Shown here piece after piece: positions 14,515 to 26,008 of a DNA stretch of 64,000 nucleotides. Source of the stretch: Saccostrea echinata. Lineage: Eukaryota. The position numbers and the translations under genes are program-made. The first letter of the stretch is position 1. Every line of letters starts with the position of its first letter. Location: the NCBI RefSeq assembly GCF_033153115.1, contig NW_026889779.1, positions 22,010,001 to 22,074,000 on the forward strand, written 5' to 3'. The notes beneath the pieces are model-generated. The model made no database searches, was not told where the DNA came from, and saw nothing but the letters and a program-made list of their open reading frames with translations.

Positions 14515-17500
14515 CTACAGGAAAGAAGACAGCACACTGGTGTTTACCTTTGTTTAACCCATGTTTCTGTCTCATTGTCTGGCTTGTCGGCAAATAACAA
14601 GAGGACTTCAATTCAAAAGTTACACTATTTCACATAGAAATGGTTTTTATAACTATTTTCTACCAGTAAAAAATTGATAACCCCTTTTCTGAGATATTAA
14701 TTCAAATTTCAGTCTATTGCAGTTCAAGACTTAATGTAAAGTCTTGTATCAATTTCACTGGGGGTTAAACTTGTTTGAATTTAAATAATCTTCATTTTTT
14801 ATGCTCTGTTATTGCCCTTATATCACTTCGTCACATAATGTGATACTTAATTCAATTGCAAGGAACTACCATCAAGTCAAAAATGACATCAAAAAAGTAA
14901 ACGAAGGGTGGAGGTCTTGTCTTTTTTTTTTTTCAAAAAATAAAACATCTTTCTATGGGGAAATGTAAATAGTAAGTGAATACACGTTCAAAATCTTTAA
15001 AAAATGTATTTAGTTTAAAAAAGGGTAACATAATTCAATACATAGAAAGGTAGCAACCAATTCGTTAATTGGTAACATATTTTTAATGATCACTTTTCTG
15101 GCAAGTGTGTTGCCCATCCATCATCCAGCGATCTATTTATCTTGGTAAGTGCTCATGCTAATGATGGATATAAATACACGAGAAAATGAGTCGAGAAATA
15201 GAAACTGGGTTTATATACAATGTATACATCTTTCATTTCGCCTGCCTGGGAAAAAGATATGGGATTTTTATTTTAGATTCATGTTGCATATGTAAATTAA
15301 GGAATTTGGAAGAAGAATCAAGGGAAATTATAACTGTAAATCTGGAATTTACATGCCATAAATATCCCAAACAGTTATTATTAAGATATTTATGTCTAAT
15401 AAGCGAAGAAATCGGAGATTGTTGAGTTACTATCATTCAATTGAAAAATTTGAATATAATGAACAGTGATCGATCTCAATTTTTTTTTCAAACAATATAT
15501 CGTCATATACCCTAAATTCGTCCGTACCCTAAAATCGTCCTCAAACTTGACGCAGCCCGCACGTTTCGAACTATGTATCGATGACGTCACTTTTAATTGT
15601 TTTGACTGGTAAACACAAGGATGCAAATGTGATAGCAATTATCTTTTAGAATATGCAGTTTAAACTCGTAGTAAATTAAAGAAAAATAAAAATCCTTAAA
15701 CTATCTGTTTTTCCTTAGGTCCATTTTTTATTGAAAGTGTACACGGCAGTTACGTTCCCAAAAATCACTTCCAGATCAAATTTACCTTCATTTTATTATT
15801 TTATACCTGTCAAAGTATTGAATTACGTGCATGGGCTTTTAATATAAGAATTTGAAAACAAAAATTTAATGCTCCCAAATCATAAGGATCTTATACACTT
15901 TCCACCTAGAAATTGACGTTACCCGTGTTTGGTTGACGTACTATGCGGTATTACAAATTATTTCAGAAAAAAAATCTAAGTCATCACTGCAAATGATAGA
16001 GTCTCCAAAAATCAAAGATTTTATCAGTAACTTTGACTAATAACTGTGAATGCTTCCAACAATAGAATTTCTGTTGGTCTTACAAATTAAAACATTTTAC
16101 ATCATGCTGGTGTTTTTCTTTTTTCTTTCATCTGTGTGTGTGTGTGTGTGTTTTTGTGTGTTTGGGGGGGGGGGGGGGAGGTTCTTTGTTTTTGTTTTTT
16201 ATAAGTTGTATATAATCGAGATTTTTTTCTCCAGGAATATGTTATTAAAATGACAAATAAATAAAATCAATATTTATCGTACGTAAGAATTTATCATACC
16301 CCCCCCCCCTCCACCCTTAAAAAAATCAATCTTTCAACATACCCAAGCAATGATGATCACATTGTTTAAATAGATCTACTTTTAACCTAGCAGTCGCCAG
16401 TTCTGATTAATACCCCCCCCCCCCTTCGCAAAAAAGTCGAAAAGTAGTCAAGTAATTAAGAAGAGAATATTTCATTTTTATATACCAAAAATTTATTTTA
16501 TCAAACAGTAGTTTTATTTAGTCGACCAAAGAAGGTGTATTTTTGTCACAATTTTTACCAGTTTCACAGGTGCCATGTGCATTGAAGCATAACTAATCCA
16601 GCGATCGTCTACTGGGGTATGAAATTCACGACATATTGCTAATCTAGTAAAACAAGATCTTTACTGCCACTCTTTAATTAATTTCTCATCTACTACACAG
16701 TAGTTAAAAAGTTTTTTTCCTGTAACGTGAACATTTTACATATAATTAGGAGATCAATTTCAAGTCTACCTCGTAACCCCAACCATTAAATTAAAGTTTT
16801 CTGATTTTTCCAGATTGTGTCGGTCAGACTTGCACTGTTCGAATATATTGATTTTCTATCGGTTTTTGCCAGTAAGGCCAATGAATTTGGGAAAATCTGA
16901 AATATACATGTAACATTGTATAATTCACATATCAGGTAATTTGATGAGCATGTATTGTAATGACATCGTTGACAATGTAAATCTGAAAGCACATTCTTGT
17001 TTCTTAAAAAGAAAACGGAGTCGGTAATAGCTAAAGCAATTGAATGTTCTTAAATTGATAAGAATATTTTAAAAAAAAAAAAAAAAAAAACCTTTTCCAC
17101 AGAGGAACTTTATTTACAATTTTTATTTTAATGATTTTCCACCTTTTTTTATCACAAAGCACGAAAAACAAATGGACCAATCGCTTTCGTCCGTTTTTAT
17201 ATCTGAAGGACGAATCTAGGGTATGAGTGACATTTTTAAGTGTAAAAGTTTGATTTTGTAGAAGAGCTCTAAAATCTTGTCAAGAGTGATATGAAAAAAT
17301 GAATTTTAACATTTAATCAGCATTTCCGTTCTATAGCTCGCACTGAAGTTTGTGTATCAATTTGCACGCGCTCGCCGTTACTATGACGTTGAATGTCGTA
17401 AGGGAACGATTTATGGGTATTCTAGGATATATTTGTGAACAGGGCATAAAACAAGAACCCCTGGAAATTTCAGAGGTGGGATTAGGTGCCTAAACGAGCC

Positions 17501-18288
17501 CAGTGCTTTGTTAGAAATCTTTTCACTCCATTATCTTAGATAAACCCCATTTCCCTAATTTATAAAATTTCAGCAAATTCTTTAAAATAGAATTCAGTAT
17601 ACTGCGTAGTGTCTTGAAACATAACTTAATGGTAATATTTAACGTCAAACTACATTATCAGTAGTCAAAAAGATTTACAAGCTACACGAACTTTGACGTT
17701 TTGCCGTTGCAGAATGTTATTTTTGCATATCATTTGAATACTGTATATCTCAGCATCAATTCGTGTGTTTCAACCAAAGAAAATAAGAAGATATGTACGT
17801 ATTTCTTTGCTATCGCACCTGCTTCGACAGCCCAGGAATGGTAACCGAGACCGCAGCCTGCAGTTTGTCTTCAGAAGTGAGAAAGATAGTGTTCACGATT
17901 TAGAGAAATGATAAGAGAGATTCTTGAAATATCGTTTACACTGAAAGCGAAACTACAAATCTTATCCACAAGACTAGACAATTCGTCTGATAGGCATTGT
18001 TCTTGCATTGCCTTCAATTAGAACATAGAGTTAATTATAAAATGAAAAAAAGCTTACTAAACACAAGAAATTGCTTTTGCTAAAAGTGGAACATAACTGC
18101 CACACAGCGATGTTTTAAACATTTTGTCTGAGGAAAACCTTTCTTTGATCTTGCTGTTATCTATATTGTTAAAGCTCAAGAAGCATGCCGTGGAGTGGAT
18201 TTCAAAGCTTTACCACTTTCTCTGGAGAGAGAGTAAAGCGCATTACAGCCTATATTGTCTGCTTTACTGATAAGGTTTTTTCTCCGTA

Positions 18289-18726
18289 TTTTTATAACCC
18301 CCACATGAAAAGCGGGGAGTGTATGGTGATGTCCGTTCGTCCGTCCGTTACACTTTGGGCTACCCATCTTTTATCCGCAACTCCTCTTAATTTAATGATA
18401 TTTTCACAGAATCTTTGTTGCAAAGTATTGTGGACCTCCTATTTTACTTTTTGCTCAGACACATATTTCAGGTTTCCAATAGCAAAACATAGACACTGCC
18501 ATTCTTTCTATAATATTGAGGGGTACCCATCTCCTCCTATACCACTATATAAAATTTAATGATACTTTCGTAGAATCTTAGTCACAAAGGGCTACTGTGC
18601 ACCTCCAACTTTACTTTTTGATCGAGCCCTCATTTTGGGTCTCCCATAGCAAAATATGAGCTTTGCCATTATAATTATATGGGAGGCGGGGTATCATTAG
18701 CTCAGTGCTCACAGTAACTCTGGTTT
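18289..18726 (+). mobile_element. Helentron-associated (HINE-like) element; related fragments at ~21740-21870, ~32441-32780 and ~54289-54560 (-)
   Basis: T-run, then CCCCCAC..GCGGGGAG hairpin, GTCC microsatellite, two internal repeats, and a 3' GGCGGGGTAT with terminal hairpin and T-run. Confidence 0.6.
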
Positions 18727-18731
18727 CTTAG

Positions 18732-18867
18732 NNNNNNNNNNNNNNNNNNNNNNNNNNNNNNNNNNNNNNNNNNNNNNNNNNNNNNNNNNNNNNNNNNNNN
18801 NNNNNNNNNNNNNNNNNNNNNNNNNNNNNNNNNNNNNNNNNNNNNNNNNNNNNNNNNNNNNNNNNNN
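18732..18867. other. Assembly gap
   Basis: N run. Confidence 0.99.
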
Positions 18868-18979
18868 TGTTAGTAAAACGTTATACTATTAGTAATACGT
18901 TTTACTAACATTGTTGCCTTGTTATTTTTAATTTTCATATTAATTACCGGACACTGTGATATTTCTTTTCATTTTTTGG

Positions 18980-19010
<31 letters not shown>

Positions 19011-20400
19011 TAGTCGTTTATGTACTTATCATTCAATAGAATGGCTTTATATCTTGTTATTAAAAAGTACTTATTTTTAAAATACGGCAAATTTAGATTT
19101 TTTTAGGGATATTAATATATACATATTTTTATCTTTTTATAAGCATTATCACTGTACAAAAAATCATAGCATCTTTCTTATATATATGAAGACTTTGTAA
19201 TTAGTTGTGGTTTTCTTAATATTATTTTACCAACTGTCTATCACAATCAAATCTATACTCACTAATTCATCTGACAACCATCGTGTTTTCTCTCTTGGTA
19301 TCAAAACATCTTCGACACTTTTAGCAGAAGAAAAGGTCAAACAATTCCAAATCACTATACAGATCAAGTTAAATTGTTTAAAAGTAAACATTTTCCTCAT
19401 CCAGAAAATTCCTTAGAATTCTTACATCGGTAAGAATTTTACTTCAACCTTTGCTCCCTGTTGGTTACAGATAGAGGCAATTATATCTACAGCACATCTG
19501 CAATTTCACGGAACAAAGGTGTAAAATTGTCCAATTTCACAGAACGGTCACTGAATTCTTCTGCCGGTGGTTCTCTCGGCGGGAAAAAGCACGTGGCATT
19601 TATTATTTTGACGCTAATATAATTATGATAGTTTTGATCGGAAACGTCTGTAGCGCGTGTTTGGATCTGGTTATCAGACAGTTTTAAAAACAAATTCATC
19701 AAGCCGGCAAATGATAATTGAAAAGCAATGTATTCCAAAGGTAAACGCTAACCTAAACAAACATCGCGATCCTACATGTGTGCTACAACAAAGGTGATTT
19801 CGGTATCTGTAATTCTGAACTGAAATTGAATTTAATTTTAACAGCCGGCTATCTTTCAAGGACACGTGAATTAAATTTGCAAAGATAATCCTTTGTTCAA
19901 CTTTTCAAAAATATTCTGTATTGTTGTTTTCATGGTCTGATTTAGTCACTGACTTCAGATCTGCTTTATTCAAACATGCGGATCATACCTCCAGCACGAT
20001 TTTTTTTACGTTAAAAAAACCAAATTATGTTATCTTATCCTGCACAAGTTCATGGCAGCTCCGTTTTGCTTAGTTGGGATCAAATAAACACCAATTATGC
20101 ATAAAATATTTCTTTATTAAAATTTACTTGATTGATGCAAAAAAGACAAAAATTAATAGGGATTGATACCTTGTTACATAATGCAAATTAAGATATAAAA
20201 TATGTTGCCCATCTAAAATTTCAGTAGAACAATACAGAGCTAAGAATACAAAATAAATTTAGACTTTTTAATAAGTACAATTATCAACAGAAATTCCTTA
20301 TGCTGCACCATAAGATCCCCAAATTTTCGTTTATGCCGAGTTTGGATCAAATAAATGTTTTTCTTTTTATAATGCTCAGCATTTCAAAATCAAGTCATTT

Positions 20401-23400
20401 TTAGAAGACCAAATAATATGCCATAAATAAAATAAATAACAGTCCATTCCTATTTTTGTCTGTATTCGCCGCTGAGAGAGGACGTGGTCCGTTACAAAAG
20501 TCTGACCGACACAGACGTACACATATGACGTATCCCTGTCCTGTGTAGCCACATGTCGTCTGGTTGTCGGGATGGACGTTAGTCAGCTTAGCGAGGCTGT
20601 AGGAGAAGGAGACACCATCAGAACAATCTCGGATATAGGAATGTACTTCTCCTAAAAATGTAAGGTTCATTGTTTGATAGAGGACACATTGTTTTATTTT
20701 AATTTTTTCGATTATTCCGCAAATAAAAAAGAACAAACTCTTTTCCTGAAAATGTACCATTGATATATTTATGGCTGAATACGTCTAATAGAAAATATAT
20801 TTTTTTTTAATAAAATATTGCATTTGTATGGTGGTATATTTCTGCCCCATGTGTGCAAGTTATTTTTCTGTCAAATATGTCGACAAGCAAGATAAATATG
20901 TTGACATGCAAGATAGTTATGTCAACATGCAACATGACTATGCTGACATGCAAGAAAATTCCAATCAAATAAGAATTTAAAAAATCTTTAAAAAATCTCA
21001 AATATTGTCACTTACAATATGCTAGATACTACTTATGTATGTCGACATGCAAGTTATTTATGTTGACAAGCGAAATAAATATGTTTGCATGCAGGTTATT
21101 TATGTCAACATGCAACTTAGGTATGTTAACATGCTACTTATTTATGTCAACATGCAACTTATTTATGTCAGTATGCAACTTAGTTATGTCAACATGCAAT
21201 TTGTTTATGTCAACATACAACTTATTTATGTTGACATGCAATTTAGTTATGTTGAGTGGCGGATATATATAAAATTTTTAAAAAAGTAAATATCCAAAAA
21301 TGAAATCTCAAATGGATGTAAATGTCTGAAGACCCAGGAATGGCGAAAAAGTTTACAGTGAATATGATCGATTTTGATTTCATTTTGGATATATAATTTT
21401 TTAAATATGATCGATTTTCAAAATGATAAGATTTTGAATTCAATGATTAAATCTAAATGCAAAATGAAATATGTGATACACAATTTGAACTTTTGTACGA
21501 GCGTGCAGGTTCGTTACCACCCAAGACACATGCAATGAGGCACGGTTGTGTTTTTTTTCTTCTTTTTTTTTTTTTGGTCAGTAAAATTGAAGTTGATTTT
21601 AATGACCGAAAATTTATTCAAGCAAATGTTGCAGTTTAAATTATTTTGTATAATATGAGGTGGACAACAAAGTATAAATTGAATTTCCTTAGATAAAATG
21701 TCCTGGCGATTCAGAAACGTGACCGTAGATTATAAAACGTTTTTAGGGCCCCTCTCTGCGGGAGACCTATAGTAATTAGTATGTCCGTCCGTCGATCTGT
21801 CCAAGGTCTCTTTTAATGGGTGTGCAGTGACCTTGAACTATCTTTCAAGGTCTAAGGTTAAGGTCATAGCAGAACTGTATCTGAAAAATGCATGTTAACA
21901 TAAATAAGTTGCATGTCGATATAAATATGCTGCATGTCAACATATTTATCTCGCATGTCAACATGACCAAGTTGCATGTCGACATAAATAAGTTGCATGT
22001 CAACATAAATAAGTTACATGTCGACATAAATAGGTTGCATGTCAACATAAATAAAATGCATGTTTACATAAATAAGTAGCATCTAGCGTGTTGGATGTCA
22101 CCTGTGGGCGATATATGAGATTTCTGAAGATTTTTTTATAATTTTTATTTGATTGCAATTTTCTTGCATGTCAACATAGTTATGTTGCATGTTGACATAA
22201 CTATCTTGCATGTCAACATACTTATCTTGCAAGTCGACATATTTGATAGAAAAATAACTTGCACGCAAGGGGCAGAAATATGCCACCATACATTTCAAAT
22301 AAACGACTGACAGTAGAGGGAGCAATTTGCTTACTCTTATGAAAAATCTGTTACCTCTATTTTCTATTGTTTCAATCAAACAATAGGTGAAATTGTAGTA
22401 TCCCCCGCAGTTCTTTACATACTTCCTTGTATTTCGTCCGTCCTGTGTTGTCTTTCTCTGTACTTCTCCTGCCTCTCCGGCCATAGTTTTAATGTTTGCT
22501 TGACAGTCAGCACCACGCTTAGTGTCCGAACAGCTATAGCACCACAAATCGTTCACTTTACATAAAAAAATGTTAAAGGTGCTTGGACACAGATTTGAAG
22601 TTAACATTTTCTCAAATTTTCTGCATAATTTCATGACTTATATGTTGCTATAGCATTTCATACTAAAATATAATAAAAATCTTATTTCATCTCGAAGTTA
22701 TTGAAACTTCAAATTTATGGACGCGTTTGATTGACACATCCTTGCACTTTCACAAATTTTAATTCTATTCTTAATACTTAAAAAAAGTGGCAATTTTGTT
22801 GTGTATTAATGAAAAATATTAAAACTATAATCCAGAAAAATTCAGAGTAGAAATGTTCGAAAGCAAAATCCACTCACAGTATTGTCAGTCCGTGCTCAGT
22901 GGTGTGTGCAGACTTTAACAATTGAACACACCCGGTGAATCGTAAACATTAACAATAACAGAGCTCGTGCCCTGTTTACAAAAACAGTTTATGTTTCACG
23001 GGTGTGTTTAATTTGTTAAACTCTGTACACAACACTGAGCACGGGCTGACGATATTAGTGAGGGGGGTTTGCTTTCGCACATTTCTACTCTGAATTTTCT
23101 GGATTATAGATGTAATGTTTTTCATTAATACACAAAAAAATAGCTCCTTTTCTTAAATATTAAGGATAAAGATAAAATTTGTGAAAGTGCAAGAATGTGT
23201 TAATCAAACGCGTCCAGAAATTCGTAGTTCCAATAATTTCCAGATAAAATAAGTTTTTAATTATATTTTCGTGTGAAATGCTATTGAAATATATAAGTCG
23301 TGATATTATACAGAAAATTTGAAAAAAATATTGACTTCAAATCTGTGTCTAAGCACCTTTAAGAATTTTAAATAGAACATCAAGCTTTATAAAAACATGT

Positions 23401-25240
23401 AGCTGACTTATTGATCATCAAACTGAAATATAAAGTTTTTAAAGTAAATTATTTTTAACTGTCTCAAGGTAAAACCTTTACGTAAAAAATTGTATCTTTA
23501 CACATGTAGAATGGTTACTTTGGTCATTTCTCCTTTAAGCTCACCTGAGCCGAAGGCTCAAGTAAGTTTTTCTGATGGAAGGCTGTTCGACATCCGTCTG
23601 TCGTGTTTCGTCTGTTGTGTGTCTTATGACATATGTAAACTTTTCATATTTTTCGACTTCTTCTCAAGAACCACAAGGCCATTTTTAACCTAACTTGTCA
23701 CAAAGCATTCTTGGTGAAGGGATTTTTTTTTTCAAATGAAGGGCCACATCCTCTTTCAAGTGGGATAATTAAGAAGTTTAAATTTAGTGGGATCTTTTTA
23801 AAATCTTCTTAATAACCACTGGGAAAAAAAAGATGAAACTTGCATGAAAACTTCATTACATACTGTAGATTCAGATTTATTCATATCATGGACCCCCCCC
23901 CCCCCCATGTGTAGTGCGGGGCCACAGATGGTAATTTTTACATAGGAGTACACAGAAAAAAAATCTTTAAAAATCTCCTTCTCAAGAACTGCAAAACCAT
24001 GATAAGTCATATTTATATGGAATATGGAAACATTCTCAGGTAGTGTAGATTTAAATTTGTTCAAATCATGTCCCCAGGTATTGTGCGGTGCCAAAATGAA
24101 CAATCAAGGTTTTACATAGGAATTTATAGGAAAAATTCTTTTAAATATTAAATCATAATTATTCATATTTATATGGAAGCATCCCCATGTAGTGTAGATT
24201 CAAGCTTAATCAAATCGTGATCCCTGGGGTAGGGCGGGGCCACAATAGAAGATCAAAATTTTACTGGAAGAAATCTGTAAAAATCTTCTTCTTAAGAACA
24301 AAAATATGATAGCATATTTCTGCCCTCTACATGCTAGATAAATTACGTTAACATGCATGCGAGAAAAGTATATCAACATGCAAGATAATAATGTCTACAT
24401 GCATACTACCGGTAATGATGTTGATTTGAAGGTTACTAATCTTTTTTTTTTGAGAAACTAATTCTAATGTTGGTAAACATAGTTTTGTTGATATGCGACT
24501 TATTCATGTTAACATGCAAGATAATTATGTTTACATGCAAGATATTTATTTCAACATGCGACTTACTTATGTTAACATGCAACATAATTATGTAGACATG
24601 CGACTTATTATATTTCTGTTAACACGCGACTTATTTATGTCAACATGCGACTTATATTTTAACATTCAAGATGATTATGACTTATTTATGTTAACATGCA
24701 ACATATTTATGTCGAGTACTTGTACTTTTTCTTTTATAGCACTTTCTGTGACCCCTCTTGAATCACTTCAGTTTGTCATCACAAACTCTCCAAAATGATG
24801 TGAATTTACCTATCCGTTATAAATTCGTAAAAAAATCATTTCCTTAGAAATGCATTTTTTTTTTACCTCTGATTTCTTAATTTTGTTAAATTCTATTAGA
24901 TTATTTCATACAATGCGCAAAATATTGGGCAATAGAAACCCCATTCGGCACCTTAATCTTATTTGCTTGATGAAATTAAAACGAAAGTAGAAATTAATTC
25001 TTGGATTAGTGCTTGAAACTGAAATTTTCATGTTTATAAGAAAATGACATTTCTTCTGCACACTACTGTTTTATGTAGTAGTCGCACCTGCTGTGGTTGT
25101 TGCCATTGCTGCCGTGACTGTTGATTCTGAGGTGTTAGTAATAAGCTTTGCAGTGACTGTTGATTCTGAGGTGTTTGTCATACCGTTTGTTTGTTCTGTA
25201 CTGTTGTCAGTAGAAGATCTGATATCCTGCGTTGTAGAAG
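20401..25240 (-). CDS. Ly6/uPAR three-finger (quiver/sleepless-like) GPI-type protein A with Ser/Thr-rich N-terminal exon; signal exon not located
   Basis: Phase-1 exons 25240-25088 (STTQDIRSSTDNST..TNTSESTVT x2), 22555-22355 (WCYSCSD..C..KNC..YCLIETIENR) and 20651-20401 (IRDC..PDNQTTC..ICVRLCRSDFCNGP, then a hydrophobic tail). Ten Cys, ending in CN. Confidence 0.82.
20827..22290. mobile_element. Non-autonomous TIR element (IS3EU-like) with 21-bp subterminal arrays
   Basis: Termini TATGGTGG.ATATTTCTGCCCC / GGGGCAGAAATATGCCACCATA; 6-bp flanks CATTTG / CATTTC; inverted arrays of GTCAACATGCAACTTATTTAT. A partial related copy lies at about 24305-24715. Confidence 0.8.
22577..23358. mobile_element. 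Fold-back MITE, Kolobok-like
   Basis: TTAA|AGGTGCTT.GACACAGATTTGAAG ... CTTCAAATCTGTGTCTAAGCACCT|TTAA. About 360-bp inverted arms span nearly the whole element. Confidence 0.85.
23535..24300 (+). mobile_element. Helentron-associated element (HINE-like) with ~165-bp internal satellite units
   Basis: Start AGCTCACCTGAGCCGAAGGCTCAAGT hairpin followed by a CGTC microsatellite. Repeated units AAAATCTTCTT...GTAGATTCA...AAATC.TG.CCCC, resembling the oyster Cg170 satellite/HINE. Confidence 0.75.
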
Positions 25241-25870
25241 CTGTGAATCAATGATAAATTATATTCAGAATCTCATTTTAATATTTAATTTTTTGTAGTT
25301 AGCATGCTTTAAAGCATCTTTGATTAATTTCGACCAGGAAGTAAATTTCAGTATTTTTTCTTCCTGGGTGTAACGAGATTAATGGGTTACTTCACACTTA
25401 GAATACCTTGAGCATAAAGTGTTTCATTTGTTACAAATAAAGTGTTCTCAAAAGGTGAAGATGCACGTATGACTAATGTATTCCCGTCAATTTTATTTAA
25501 GTATCCTTACTTACCCAAACTTTGGGGTATCAATGTTCCACAACACAAGAAAAGGACTAGTAGCATTTCTAAAATTTGTATACTTCCTGTCTTTGATAAC
25601 ATATTGTACTTGTTTATGTAGAAAGTCTGTCTATCGTTCACATTTCCACTATAATTACTCCGCCTGTATTAGTTTGGAATACCAGAAGTGTAATGCACAC
25701 AGTGCTTCATGGGTGGCTGGTTCTATTTGAACACACATATTGACATGGTTAGATGGTATTTGGTATTTAAACATTTCAACAGACTTTACATTAACAAACC
25801 GGGTTTTAAAGTTAAATGAATAATTATGTTTCTTAAGAAGGACTAAAAAAATGGAAAGAGCTAACAATTC

Positions 25871-26008
25871 NNNNNNNNNNNNNNNNNNNNNNNNNNNNNN
25901 NNNNNNNNNNNNNNNNNNNNNNNNNNNNNNNNNNNNNNNNNNNNNNNNNNNNNNNNNNNNNNNNNNNNNNNNNNNNNNNNNNNNNNNNNNNNNNNNNNNN
26001 NNNNNNNN
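25871..26008. other. Assembly gap
   Basis: N run. Confidence 0.99.

Noticed and set aside
17799-17940. Possible upstream WFDC1 exon
   Set aside because: GC-richer and flanked by AG/GT, but no ATG-initiated signal peptide in any frame. May be UTR.
21035-22079. Repetitive ORFs (YVNMQL.., MSTCNLF.., LHVDINK..), also at 24493-24798
   Set aside because: Translations of 21-bp tandem arrays within MITEs; open in several frames and on both strands.
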